From Desulfobacterales bacterium (GTDB lineage: Bacteria > Desulfobacterota > Desulfobacteria > Desulfobacterales > UBA2174): a DNA stretch of 64,000 nucleotides. The notes beneath the pieces are model-generated. The model saw nothing but the letters and a program-made list of their open reading frames with translations, searched no databases and was not told where the DNA came from. Made by a program: the position numbers and the translations under genes. Shown one piece after another: positions 17,876 through 28,638 of the stretch (within the stretch, counting starts at the first letter, position 1; the number at the start of each line of letters is the position of its first letter). The stretch lies in NCBI GenBank assembly GCA_963668645.2, contig CAXXWC010000019.1:32001-96000 (forward strand), in the 5' to 3' direction.

Positions 17876-17884
17876 GGAGCAATC

Positions 17885-19681
<1,797 letters not shown>

Positions 19682-19750
19682 CTAGGATCAAGACGGGAGC
19701 GGCTCTAACCGGGTTGATCGCGGATGCAATCCGCTCCCGCTCGTCTCCAC

Positions 19751-19793
19751 CAAACGACCAACCCCGCCGCTGTGAAGCGGCGGGGCTGGTTCG
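19751..19793. terminator. Hairpin between the convergent aspS and small-protein copy 1
   Basis: CCCCGCCGCT-GTGA-AGCGGCGGGG perfect 10-bp stem, preceded by CAAACGACC. Confidence 0.65.
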
Positions 19794-19848
19794 AACCTCA
19801 GCAGTTATCAACGCCAACGCGCCAAAGGTGATGGCCGCGCCTGGTCGA

Positions 19849-20103
19849 TCAATGCGTCGTCACCCCTTCCTCCTTGTTGGCTTCCTTTTCCTCCTGGGCC
19901 TTGCGGGCTTCCTGGATTTTTTCCTGAAGCTGTTTGGCCGCGGCCTGTAAGCCGCCGGCCACCTGGCCGTACGAAATGGCCGGAATCACCAGCTCTCCGG
20001 ACTGTTGATCCGTTCCGTCGGCCGCGGTGGCCATGCACTGAATGCGAATGACACCATTTCTCAAGGATACTGCGCCCAATTTTTCGATCAGAATAAAACT
20101 CAT
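19849..20103 (-). CDS. Small hypothetical protein, copy 1 (84 aa)
   Basis: MSFILIEKLGAVSLRNGVIRIQCMATAADG... AAGGAGG RBS. Paralog at 27175-27417. Confidence 0.85.
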   Translation of the reverse strand: MSFILIEKLGAVSLRNGVIRIQCMATAADGTDQQSGELVIPAISYGQVAGGLQAAAKQLQEKIQEARKAQEEKEANKEEGVTTH

Positions 20104-20169
20104 TCCTGCTTTCCTCCTTGCTGTTGTGTTTTCGGTTGATGATGAACCCGTTATTGTTGACCTGGGTCG

Positions 20170-20199
20170 CATGGTACCACATATGGTACCGTTGTCAAG
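20170..20199 (-). promoter_or_regulatory. Sigma70-like promoter with palindromic operator, copy 1
   Basis: Minus strand TTGACA-16 bp-(TGG)TACCAT containing GGTACCA-N4-TGGTACC. Conserved at 27499-27528. Confidence 0.7.
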
Positions 20200-20415
20200 A
20201 CAATAATCGTTGGCGGCTTCGCTGTAAAAAAGAGCAATGGAAATCGTCATCTCATTTCAGGCTCCGAATGCTTTTTTCAATCTTGACAATTTATTCATAT
20301 CAAAGTAAAAATTGTTAATTATCTTCCCAGATCCGACAATTTGACAATCCGAATTGTTAACACCGGAAAGGCGCGGATGACGCTTATTTCGGATTCAAAC
20401 AAGGAGGATCCGCCC

Positions 20416-21102
20416 ATGGCAAGAAACACGCCCCGTTTCGTTGTCCTGTCGTGTATTGTATGGGGAATCATCGTTTTTGCCCTCGCCGGCTCAGCCGATG
20501 CGGTGCGCTTTCTCAGCAGCGGGTACCATACCCGCGAGACGATCATGACCGAATCGCTCCTGGCGCCCCGGCAGCCCCCCGAGCCGTACGTGGACTATGA
20601 CAACCAGCATTTCGATTTCACCGCCATGGTGCCTCAAACCTGGACGCTTTACGAACATTACGACGAGGACCGGGTCTTCGGCCATGTGGTACGCTACATC
20701 TTCGTCGGTCCGCCGGAAAGCGTGTCGGGCGTCGGCTTTACCGCCATCGAGTTCCGATTCGTTCCCACCGTTGCCATGGGCGGGAGCATTGCCACCCTCG
20801 ACGCTTATGTCAGCGAGACCCTCGTCCAGAAGAACCGGATCGACGGCAGCGTCGTCGACCAGCCTGCCGATGCACCGTTCCTGGGCCTGACCGGCAAGGA
20901 AACGACCATCGCGTATCCAACCCAGCGGCCCGTGGTAGGCACTGTCGACAACCCGCCGGTGGATGTCACCACTATAAAAAAATGGATCTGTATCGAACGC
21001 AACGGCTATTTTGTCGAAGTGAGCATCCACAGCAGCAGCAACGATATCGATCTTTACCAGCCGGTATACGATCAGGCCAAAAACTCCATGTCGTTCCGAT
21101 AG
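20416..21102 (+). CDS. Secreted protein, possible PsbP/DcrB(DUF1795)-like fold
   Basis: AAGGAGG RBS, signal-peptide-like N-terminus ending ADA, Y.N..F.F...VP..W motif, C-terminal Y.PVYDQAKNSMSF. Confidence 0.6.
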   Translation: MARNTPRFVVLSCIVWGIIVFALAGSADAVRFLSSGYHTRETIMTESLLAPRQPPEPYVDYDNQHFDFTAMVPQTWTLYEHYDEDRVFGHVVRYIFVGPPESVSGVGFTAIEFRFVPTVAMGGSIATLDAYVSETLVQKNRIDGSVVDQPADAPFLGLTGKETTIAYPTQRPVVGTVDNPPVDVTTIKKWICIERNGYFVEVSIHSSSNDIDLYQPVYDQAKNSMSFR

Positions 21103-21132
21103 CGGCACTAGGCTCCGGAAAGGAGGGCTGCA

Positions 21133-22269
21133 ATGAAATCTGCAACCACGCTCAGGATGAAAGCCGTGGTTTTCACTTTGGCGTTTGGATTAATCGGGGG
21201 GTTCGGCCCGTTGATCGACTTTGCCCAAGCGACTATCATCGATGATGCCCTTGCACTACCCGGCATGGAGGCCGTCAAAAACTCGGGAGTCGACATCGAA
21301 CTTGAAGACATCGACGATGTAGAGGGCGCCAACGGGAGAACCTACAGGGTGATCGGCCAGACGGACGGTGATGAGATCACCCTCAATTCAAAGGTCTTCA
21401 ACGGCAGTTCCGATCCGGGGGCCGCAGCCCAGACCATCCTCCACGAATACATCCACATCCGTGAAAAGCACGAAGGAAACTGCAAGGAAAACGAACTGCT
21501 CCCCCGCCGGACCGAGGCGGCCTTTTGGCGAGAGTATAAAAAGACCCATCCCACCGCTTCCAGCCCGGCCTGCGACGCCAATGAGCGTCTGGTCTATGCC
21601 AACGGTGCCTACCGCTCGCAGGCCGACACCCTGAAGGACATTCACGACAATTACGGCTATCCGGACGAATCGGACGGCAAGGAAAAATCCGATGCCATCT
21701 ACAGCGTGGAAAGCGGGGGTCTGGAAAAGTATCTGTATCTGAATTCAGGTGTCAGCGAAATCATCTTCGGCGCAGAGGGCGGGGCGACCGAACCGCTGGT
21801 CGTCGAAGCGCTCGAGGGCAGCGCGATGATCGTACTGGATAGTGAAGATGAAACCATCGCAAGATTCAGGATATCCCACTTTTCCACCCTTGCCCCGCCG
21901 GTGGATCTGCCGCCTTCGCCGCTTTTTCCCGAGGGCGCGACGACCGGTGACAACATCCTCACCCAGGATCCGGATCAAACGTCCTACGGATTCGTCAATC
22001 TGGAGACCGGAGAATTCACCGCCTACCTCAAGGGGATCATCACCAACGATCTTTTCGGCCCCCTGCTTCCCATTCGCACCACCTCCCACATCCGCGGCAA
22101 ATGGGACAAGGAGGCCACGGTGACGCTCAGCACTCTGTCTTTCGACATCTTTCCACCGGCCCCCCGGCCCCTGGTCTGCGCGCCGTGCGTCTGGGACAGC
22201 GACGCGGACGGAGAGGTCGACCTGCCGGACGTCATCTACCAGCTTCAGATCATCTCCGGGATACGGTAG
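21133..22269 (+). CDS. Secreted HEXXH zinc-metallopeptidase-like protein with dockerin-like C-terminal tag
   Basis: Signal peptide ending AQA, TILHEYIH with downstream ENE, C-terminal DSDADGEVDLPDVIYQLQIISGIR. Confidence 0.7.
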   Translation: MKSATTLRMKAVVFTLAFGLIGGFGPLIDFAQATIIDDALALPGMEAVKNSGVDIELEDIDDVEGANGRTYRVIGQTDGDEITLNSKVFNGSSDPGAAAQTILHEYIHIREKHEGNCKENELLPRRTEAAFWREYKKTHPTASSPACDANERLVYANGAYRSQADTLKDIHDNYGYPDESDGKEKSDAIYSVESGGLEKYLYLNSGVSEIIFGAEGGATEPLVVEALEGSAMIVLDSEDETIARFRISHFSTLAPPVDLPPSPLFPEGATTGDNILTQDPDQTSYGFVNLETGEFTAYLKGIITNDLFGPLLPIRTTSHIRGKWDKEATVTLSTLSFDIFPPAPRPLVCAPCVWDSDADGEVDLPDVIYQLQIISGIR

Positions 22270-22493
22270 CCGGGGCGGCTGCTAGGATCGTCACGAATCC
22301 AATCCCCCCACGAACAGATGTCAGACGGATCGGTTCAGCTTGACCCCAACAAGCCGATACGATAACAGACATTGGACCTGTCCGGGCACGCAGCCATTAC
22401 AGTCGGACAATTATATCTTTTCCCCGGCCGTCGATCATTTTCGACCAGGGTCGAAAATCATGGTGTCATCAGCAAGCAAGCAGGATCTGAAGA

Positions 22494-25091
22494 ATGCCCT
22501 TTCCAAAACGACATCCAGGCAACAAGCTTTTTCAGACTGCCGACCTTCGCTTGAAAAATCTGCTGGGCCAGGCCCAAAAGCGTCTCCAGGAAGAAAGTGT
22601 CGAGAAGGTTCTGGCGTGGTTGCGGCCCCAGATCGGCGATTTCGCACAAAGCCAGGACGCGGCACGGCTGCTCTATATCCTGGCTGCCGGGGTGCGCAAC
22701 CGTCACCCGCAGCAGGCCATCGCAATTCTCGAACATTTGCTGTCCCGGCGTCCGGCGGATACCCATGCCCGGGCTGCAATCGCACCACTTTACGATCGTG
22801 TGGGGGCCCAGCTCAAAGCAAAGAACACAGCGCTCAAAGTCATTGAAACCGCCGATGCGGCCCCCCTTGATCGGCTGCGCGCCGCGAATCTGCTGGTGCG
22901 TTTCGATGCCGGTCCCCGCGCACCGCAAGCCGCTCTCGAGGCTTTCGAAGCCATGGGGCGTCCACTGCGATTCGCCGCCGAACTGCTCTACATCGCCTTG
23001 CGCGTGGCCGATTGGAAGGCCTCGCGCATGTTGATCGACCAGATCCACCAGGCTTACGCGCAGGGGCGTAGCGACGAAGTTCGGGAAAGCCCGCGCACCC
23101 ACCTGCTCTGGTGCGACGACGAAGCCACCAATCTGGCCGTGGTCGCTTCGTGGAATCAACGTTCCCTGCCGCAAATCCGCACCAATCCTCCGCCGGTCCA
23201 GGACTTGAAAGACCGACGCATCCGCATCGGTTATCTATCCAGCGATTTCCGTGAGCACCCCACCGCCCGGCTGATCAACGGCCTGCTGCGCCATCATGAT
23301 CACGAGCAGTTTGAAATTTTCATCTACTGCAGCGGCTGGGATGACGGATCACCTATCCGCGCCCAAATCAATACCCACTGTGATCAATTGCATACGGTTA
23401 CCAACCTGCACGACGCCGATGCGGCGGCGCTGATCCGCAGCCATGGCATCGACGTCCTCGTAGAGCTCAACGGCCCCACCCGGGCCACGCGCATGGGTAT
23501 TCTGGCCCACCGGCCGGCCCCGGTGCAAATCGACTACCTGGGCTACCCGGGCAGTGTAGGCGGGCGGGTGGTGGACTATATCATCGGCGACCCTTACACC
23601 GTGCCACCCGGCGCCGAACAGGCCTACCCGGAAAAGGTGATCCGCATCCAGCAGACCTATCAGGTCAACGACTATGCCGCCCTGAGCCTTCCACCGGTGC
23701 AGGATCGACGCTCCATCGGCATGCCGGAAAAGGGCCCTGTGCTGGGCATGTTCAACGCCATCAACAAGGTGAGTGAAGATGTCTGGACCGTCTGGATGCG
23801 CATTCTCAAAGAAGTCCCTGAGGCAACTTTCTGCCTGCTGGATCCAGGGACGGCGGCACGCAAACACCTCAGCGACGCCGTTCGTGCCCACGGCCTGAAC
23901 CCGCAGCGCAGGGTGGCGGCTGTGAGGCCACTGCCGCAGATGAAACACCTGGCTCGTTTGCAGTTCTGCGACGTCATGCTGGATCCCTGGCCCTACGGCG
24001 GCCACACCTCCACAAGCGATGCGCTGTTTGCCGGTGTTCCCGTGGTGGCCTTGGAGGGCCGCAATTTCGCCTCCCGGGTCAGTGGCGGATTGCTGCGGGC
24101 CGCCGGCCTTAGGGTACTGGTGCAGCCCGATATCGAGGGGTATGTGCGCATGGTGATCCGCCTGCTGCGCAACCCGGGGGATCTGGCACAACTGAAACGC
24201 TTCATCCGCGACCAGGTGCCGCGCAGCAACATCTTCGATGCCGCGGGGAAGGCCAGGCAACTGGAATGGGCCTATCGCACAGCGCTCGACCTAGCGCGTC
24301 AAGGCCTCCCGCCGCGGCATATCACCGTAACCGGCCAGGAGTTTGCCGTCGATCGCAAGCCGTCAATCTCCACCGGCCCGACGGTGACGATCCCCGCTCC
24401 CGTGCCACCAACCCCCAAAGCTTCACCTGCCGACCACAGCCGCCCCATTCCATTGGTGTTGGTCCTGGGCCCCTGGAGCAGCGGCACCTCGGCTACCGCA
24501 GGCATGCTGGCACTGGCCGGCCTGCACGCCCCTGGCCCCTATGTGCAGGTCAACGACCCGCGCACACCGCAAACTTATGAAATGATCGCTTTCAGAGACG
24601 TACTGCGAACACTGGCGAGCGAGGCGACCCTGAAATGCCGGTCCTCGCCGGAAACGATTCGCCGTTCATTGACGGATTTTCGCAACGGCCCGCTACGCGA
24701 GGCGCGCCGGGCTGCCGGGTCGCCCCCCGATGCACCGGTACTGCTCAAACATGCGCTCTGTGCTGTGATGCTGCCGGCCTTGGGGGAGATCTTCGACCTG
24801 CGCCTGATCGGGGTGCTGCGGCCCTTGGCCAAAATCGAAGCCACCCGGCAGCGCCGCCAGTGGCCGGCGGTCTTCGGTGCCGAAGGTGCCAAGCTTCTGT
24901 ATCGGTCGATGTTCGCTTATCTCGTTGATCATGACACTCCGTTTCACTTGCTTCGTTTTACCGATTTGCGGCGCCGGCCGGAGGCCTGCCTGGACGACCT
25001 GGTGAAGTTCTGCGGCCTCGATCCCACTCCGGAACAGCGGAAAGCGGCCCTGGGATTCATCAACCGGCGCGGCACCAAGGCTGCCGCATGA
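22494..25091 (+). CDS. GT41 (SPINDLY/OGT-like) protein glycosyltransferase fused to a C-terminal sulfotransferase-like P-loop domain
   Basis: RIGYLSSDFREHPT, DVLVELNGPT, RPAPVQIDYLGYPGS, FNAINKV, LDPWPYGGHTSTSDALFAGVPV, ASRV. Pro-rich linker, then LVLGPWSSGTS. Confidence 0.88.
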   Translation: MPFPKRHPGNKLFQTADLRLKNLLGQAQKRLQEESVEKVLAWLRPQIGDFAQSQDAARLLYILAAGVRNRHPQQAIAILEHLLSRRPADTHARAAIAPLYDRVGAQLKAKNTALKVIETADAAPLDRLRAANLLVRFDAGPRAPQAALEAFEAMGRPLRFAAELLYIALRVADWKASRMLIDQIHQAYAQGRSDEVRESPRTHLLWCDDEATNLAVVASWNQRSLPQIRTNPPPVQDLKDRRIRIGYLSSDFREHPTARLINGLLRHHDHEQFEIFIYCSGWDDGSPIRAQINTHCDQLHTVTNLHDADAAALIRSHGIDVLVELNGPTRATRMGILAHRPAPVQIDYLGYPGSVGGRVVDYIIGDPYTVPPGAEQAYPEKVIRIQQTYQVNDYAALSLPPVQDRRSIGMPEKGPVLGMFNAINKVSEDVWTVWMRILKEVPEATFCLLDPGTAARKHLSDAVRAHGLNPQRRVAAVRPLPQMKHLARLQFCDVMLDPWPYGGHTSTSDALFAGVPVVALEGRNFASRVSGGLLRAAGLRVLVQPDIEGYVRMVIRLLRNPGDLAQLKRFIRDQVPRSNIFDAAGKARQLEWAYRTALDLARQGLPPRHITVTGQEFAVDRKPSISTGPTVTIPAPVPPTPKASPADHSRPIPLVLVLGPWSSGTSATAGMLALAGLHAPGPYVQVNDPRTPQTYEMIAFRDVLRTLASEATLKCRSSPETIRRSLTDFRNGPLREARRAAGSPPDAPVLLKHALCAVMLPALGEIFDLRLIGVLRPLAKIEATRQRRQWPAVFGAEGAKLLYRSMFAYLVDHDTPFHLLRFTDLRRRPEACLDDLVKFCGLDPTPEQRKAALGFINRRGTKAAA

Positions 25092-25238
25092 GCACTGCCT
25101 TGGCAGCAATACATACACCGGGAAGACCATAGGGAAACATACCGTATCGATCAGACAAGAGAGACACCGCATGTCCACCGGCTGATCGTGTAATGACGAA
25201 AGCATCGATATGCACACCTTCCCTCCTGTTAACAAACG

Positions 25239-26993
25239 ATGACCATCTGTGATGGACAGGCGCATTCCGGACCGGCGGATACGTCAATTTTCAGATTCGG
25301 CGATGGGCTGGTCTTTGACAGCAATATTGCAGAAGACCAGCGCTTCGGGAAACTCGTACTTGTTTGCGGTCCATGGGGCAGCGGCACTTCGACTCTATGC
25401 GGTATGCTCGTCCGGGCCGGCCTGCCTGCACCTGGCCCCTATACCAAGATCAACGATCCACGCACGCCGGATACGTACGGAATGCTGGCCTTTCAGCAGT
25501 TGTTGAAAACCTTGGCCTCGGAGCCACTCTTCAAGCGCTTGCAGCCTTCAGACGTCATAGTGGAAAAGCTCGTTGAGTTTCGGGAAACGGCGTTGCGTGA
25601 GGCCCTCATGGACCTGGACACCGGCCCGTTTATGCTCAAGCACCCCCTGGCGATCCTGTTTTTACCTGAGTTGAACCAAGCGTTCGACCTTCGCATGGTT
25701 TGCGTAATCCGGTCTTTTGCCGATATTGAAGCTACCAGGGTTCGGCGCAACTGGCACAAACTTTTCGGCCGCGCCGGGGCAGGCGTGCTTTATAGCCGGC
25801 TGTTTGAATATTTGATCGATTCGCACACGCCTTTTAAAATGGTTCGCCATACGGATTTACTGTGTGAGCCACAAAAGGTCCTGGACGAATTGATAGAATT
25901 CTGTAACCTCACAACGGGTGACTCAGCCAGAAAGGCTGCGCTCGATTATATTGCCGGGGTTACCGCCAGACAAGGCCTGGCCCAGATTCCGCCAACTTCC
26001 TGGGCGGCCTCAAAAAACAAAAACGGCAAGCCGTTACAGATAACCATTCTTAAAAACTCACCTTTTGCAGGGGAGAACGTGACCACGCTGTTTGCCGTTC
26101 TCAAGAACGAACGTTATTTCCTGCCACATTTCCTGCAATATTACCGGGCACTGGGTATTTCGAATTTTCTTTTTCTGGACGACCAATCCACCGATGGATC
26201 GAGGGAGTATCTTCTGGCGCAGAAAGACTGCGGTATTCTTGAGGCCAACTATTCGTTCGGCGACATGATCGGCGGGAAGCGATTCGGCATAGCCGTCAAA
26301 CAGATCGTGCCGGAAACGATGCTCATGGGCGGCTGGGTGCTGACGGTTGATCTGGACGAATTTTTGATACTCCCGCCGCCTTACGAGAATATTCACGGCT
26401 TGTGCATCGATCTGGACAAGCAGGGCCGCAATCATGCCCGTGCCATCATGCTCGATTTCTACCCCGAACGTTTCAACGATCTGAACGGCACCGTTTCGGG
26501 AATGGGACCATTTGAGCTTTGCCCTTATTTCGATGCATTATCCATGGAATGGCCGGATGGATCGCGCGCTCCGACGCGAATTTCAATCCAGGACGCTATC
26601 AGGGTCAGAATGTTCAAAGAGATGATAACCAGAGGTTTTAACGAACTGACTGCGTTGCGGGGCTACAAATGTGCCAATCCCTACAAGGTCCCTTTGTTGA
26701 AATGGGACCGGTACACGCGGGTCCTGTCTTCCCACCATGTAAATGTTCCGGTAAGTGATGCCAATCAGCTCGTTCTGGCCCATTTTAAATTTTATCCGGG
26801 CTGGCAGCAGAAGGTGGAGGCGGCTGTCGCGGGAGGCGCCTATTATAACAACTCCATCGAATACAAAATGCTTAAAATTGCCGCCGATAGATTACTTCAC
26901 TGGCCTCTCAAAGGGAAAAAAAGCAAAACCTTTGAAGGTAGAGGGCAACTGAACGCGATGGGGTTGGTATACGCGGCCGGATCCGGCGGGTAG
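25239..26993 (+). CDS. Sulfotransferase-like domain fused to a GT2-type glycosyltransferase
   Basis: N-terminal VCGPWGSGTS...NDPRTP. C-terminal VLKNERYFLPHFLQYYRALG..FLFLDDQSTDGS, WVLTVDLDEFL, LAHFKF. Start uncertain. Confidence 0.82.
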   Translation: MTICDGQAHSGPADTSIFRFGDGLVFDSNIAEDQRFGKLVLVCGPWGSGTSTLCGMLVRAGLPAPGPYTKINDPRTPDTYGMLAFQQLLKTLASEPLFKRLQPSDVIVEKLVEFRETALREALMDLDTGPFMLKHPLAILFLPELNQAFDLRMVCVIRSFADIEATRVRRNWHKLFGRAGAGVLYSRLFEYLIDSHTPFKMVRHTDLLCEPQKVLDELIEFCNLTTGDSARKAALDYIAGVTARQGLAQIPPTSWAASKNKNGKPLQITILKNSPFAGENVTTLFAVLKNERYFLPHFLQYYRALGISNFLFLDDQSTDGSREYLLAQKDCGILEANYSFGDMIGGKRFGIAVKQIVPETMLMGGWVLTVDLDEFLILPPPYENIHGLCIDLDKQGRNHARAIMLDFYPERFNDLNGTVSGMGPFELCPYFDALSMEWPDGSRAPTRISIQDAIRVRMFKEMITRGFNELTALRGYKCANPYKVPLLKWDRYTRVLSSHHVNVPVSDANQLVLAHFKFYPGWQQKVEAAVAGGAYYNNSIEYKMLKIAADRLLHWPLKGKKSKTFEGRGQLNAMGLVYAAGSGG

Positions 26994-27100
26994 GAAAATT
27001 CGTCAAGGGGCGTCCGTTCGACAGGATACGAAATGAACCCCCAGTAACAACAGGGGACCGAAGAAGCCTGGTAATCTCATCCAGACCGTTTTGTTTTAAT

Positions 27101-27142
27101 CAAACGACCCTGCCGCCTGAAAGCGGACAGGGTCGTATTTTT
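27101..27142. terminator. Probable bidirectional terminator between the GT2 gene and small-protein copy 2
   Basis: CAAACGACCCTGCCGC-CTGAAA-GCGGACAGGGTCGTATTTTT. Confidence 0.7.
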
Positions 27143-27174
27143 CTCGGGCAGACGCTGTACAAACAGGACCTGGC

Positions 27175-27417
27175 TTATTGCGCGGTCTTGTTCCCTTCCT
27201 GTTCTTCCTGGGCCTTGCGGGCCTGCTCTATCTTTTCCTGAAGCTGCTTTCCGGCCGCTTGGAATGCACCGGCCACCATACCGTAGCTGACTGCCGGAAT
27301 CACCAACTCGCCGGACAGTTGTTCCGTACCGTCGGCCGCGGTGGACATGCACTGCATCCGGATAACACCATTTCTCAACGATACCGCCCCGAGTTTTTCG
27401 ATCAGAATGAAACTCAT
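27175..27417 (-). CDS. Small hypothetical protein, copy 2 (80 aa)
   Basis: MSFILIEKLGAVSLRNGVIRMQCMSTAADG... Identical first 20 aa to copy 1 with synonymous differences. AAGGAGG RBS. Confidence 0.85.
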   Translation of the reverse strand: MSFILIEKLGAVSLRNGVIRMQCMSTAADGTEQLSGELVIPAVSYGMVAGAFQAAGKQLQEKIEQARKAQEEQEGNKTAQ

Positions 27418-27498
27418 ACCTGCCTTCCTCCTTTTATCTGTACTTCGATTAGGTGGCTGGCCCGCCGATTGACGGGCCGTTCTGAACAGCTTGAAATA

Positions 27499-27528
27499 CA
27501 TGGTACCATATATGGTTCCACTGTCAAG
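27499..27528 (-). promoter_or_regulatory. Sigma70-like promoter with palindromic operator, copy 2
   Basis: Minus strand TTGACA-16 bp-(TGG)TACCAT containing GGAACCA-TATA-TGGTACC. Confidence 0.7.
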
Positions 27529-27630
27529 TGATTAAATTGCGGTCTAGCATCCGCTACCATAAATGGGGAAGAAGATGCCCTGTGGGAGCACACTTTCTTA
27601 AATCTCGGCGACAAGGCCGGACAGCCACCT

Positions 27631-28383
27631 CTATTGGAACCTGATAAACTCGCCGTCAAAGGAAATGCTCGCCACGGACTCCGGCTTGGGTTCGATGGCC
27701 TTATAATGCATATCCGCGAGTACGCTGTCCCGAAGGCTCATCTTCGAAAACAGATGCCCATAAACAAGCTCCATGGCATCCCCGGGTCCCAACCCGGCAG
27801 CGGCCAGCTTCTGTTCATCGATCATGCGCAGACCATCAATTGCACCGACCTGTTTATCCCCGGCCATCACGCCCATCTCCTGCATCTGAAACAATCCTGC
27901 CTCACCGATCTGCCTGACCGCCTGCTGGGTAATCACGCGCTGGCTCTCGATGGCCTGCAGCAGCCTGATCCTTTGCTTCAGGAAATCCGTAGGTTCGCCG
28001 CTCCGGTTAAAGATTGCCTTTCCCGGTCCCGAATTAAAATGGGGCGCGTCGGCATCTATGGCCAGGGTAAACCCGGAGGAAGAGGAAGTGGTGTCGCTGC
28101 GGGCAAGTATAAATGGGTATCGGCGGATATAGATGGGGATATACGCGGACCTCCAGGTGCCGTCCTCGTCGACATACCGGTTCACTCCCTGCTTGAAGCC
28201 AAGAAGGGCATGCGGCAGATCCGTCCCGTTGTCCGGAAAGCAAACGTAGTATTCCCTTATCACCCTTGGAAGCTCCTGTAAAAAAACAGGACAAAAATTT
28301 TCCCGGGCGGCAAAGCCATAGCCGATGTTCGGGTTGAATTGCAGGTTGTCCGATTTGTTCAGGGGCTTAACGGCGGTATACAT
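27631..28383 (-). CDS. sapC: SapC-family protein
   Basis: GYGFAA....P....E....REY, PHALLG...G.N.YVDEDG.W...YIP.YIRRYPF.L, G..M.DE.KL, LVYGHLFS. ATG 28383 fits RBS spacing best. Confidence 0.88.
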   Translation of the reverse strand: MYTAVKPLNKSDNLQFNPNIGYGFAARENFCPVFLQELPRVIREYYVCFPDNGTDLPHALLGFKQGVNRYVDEDGTWRSAYIPIYIRRYPFILARSDTTSSSSGFTLAIDADAPHFNSGPGKAIFNRSGEPTDFLKQRIRLLQAIESQRVITQQAVRQIGEAGLFQMQEMGVMAGDKQVGAIDGLRMIDEQKLAAAGLGPGDAMELVYGHLFSKMSLRDSVLADMHYKAIEPKPESVASISFDGEFIRFQ

Positions 28384-28435
28384 ATGCACGGGTCCTTCGC
28401 AGTAGAAAAGGGTTACGCTGAACCGGCTGCGATTA

Positions 28436-28462
28436 GCTACCAGTTATACGGTAGCATGTCAA
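28436..28462 (-). promoter_or_regulatory. sapC promoter: TTGACA followed by palindrome GCTACC-N8-GGTAGC
   Basis: Minus strand TTGACA-T-GCTACC-GTATAACT-GGTAGC-TAAT. Same layout as the small-gene promoters. Confidence 0.55.
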
Positions 28463-28538
28463 TTTTATCATGAATGAAATCCATGCTCTCAGCCTGCCGG
28501 TAATGACAAACCGGAAAAGATCGGCCGGGCCATAATAC

Positions 28539-28578
28539 AAAAAACCAACCCCCACTCCTGCCGGAATGGGGGTTGGTT
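28539..28578 (-). terminator. Rho-independent terminator of the giant-protein gene
   Basis: Minus strand AACCAACCCCCATTCC-GGCA-GGAGTGGGGGTTGGTT followed by a T-run, about 60 nt after the stop. Confidence 0.85.
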
Positions 28579-28638
28579 CGCGCTGCTATCGTTTTTACGC
28601 TGGCACGTCCTGTGCCGTGTTCGGGTCAAAGACGAACG

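Noticed and set aside
22340..23174. ORFs 22340-22846 (+) and 22458-23174 (-)
   Set aside because: They overlap the GT41 gene in other frames and have no protein-like features.
19751..27528. Composite transposon, prophage or DGR explanation for the direct duplication
   Set aside because: No transposase, integrase or reverse transcriptase. The differences between copies are not adenine-specific and both copies are intact expression units.
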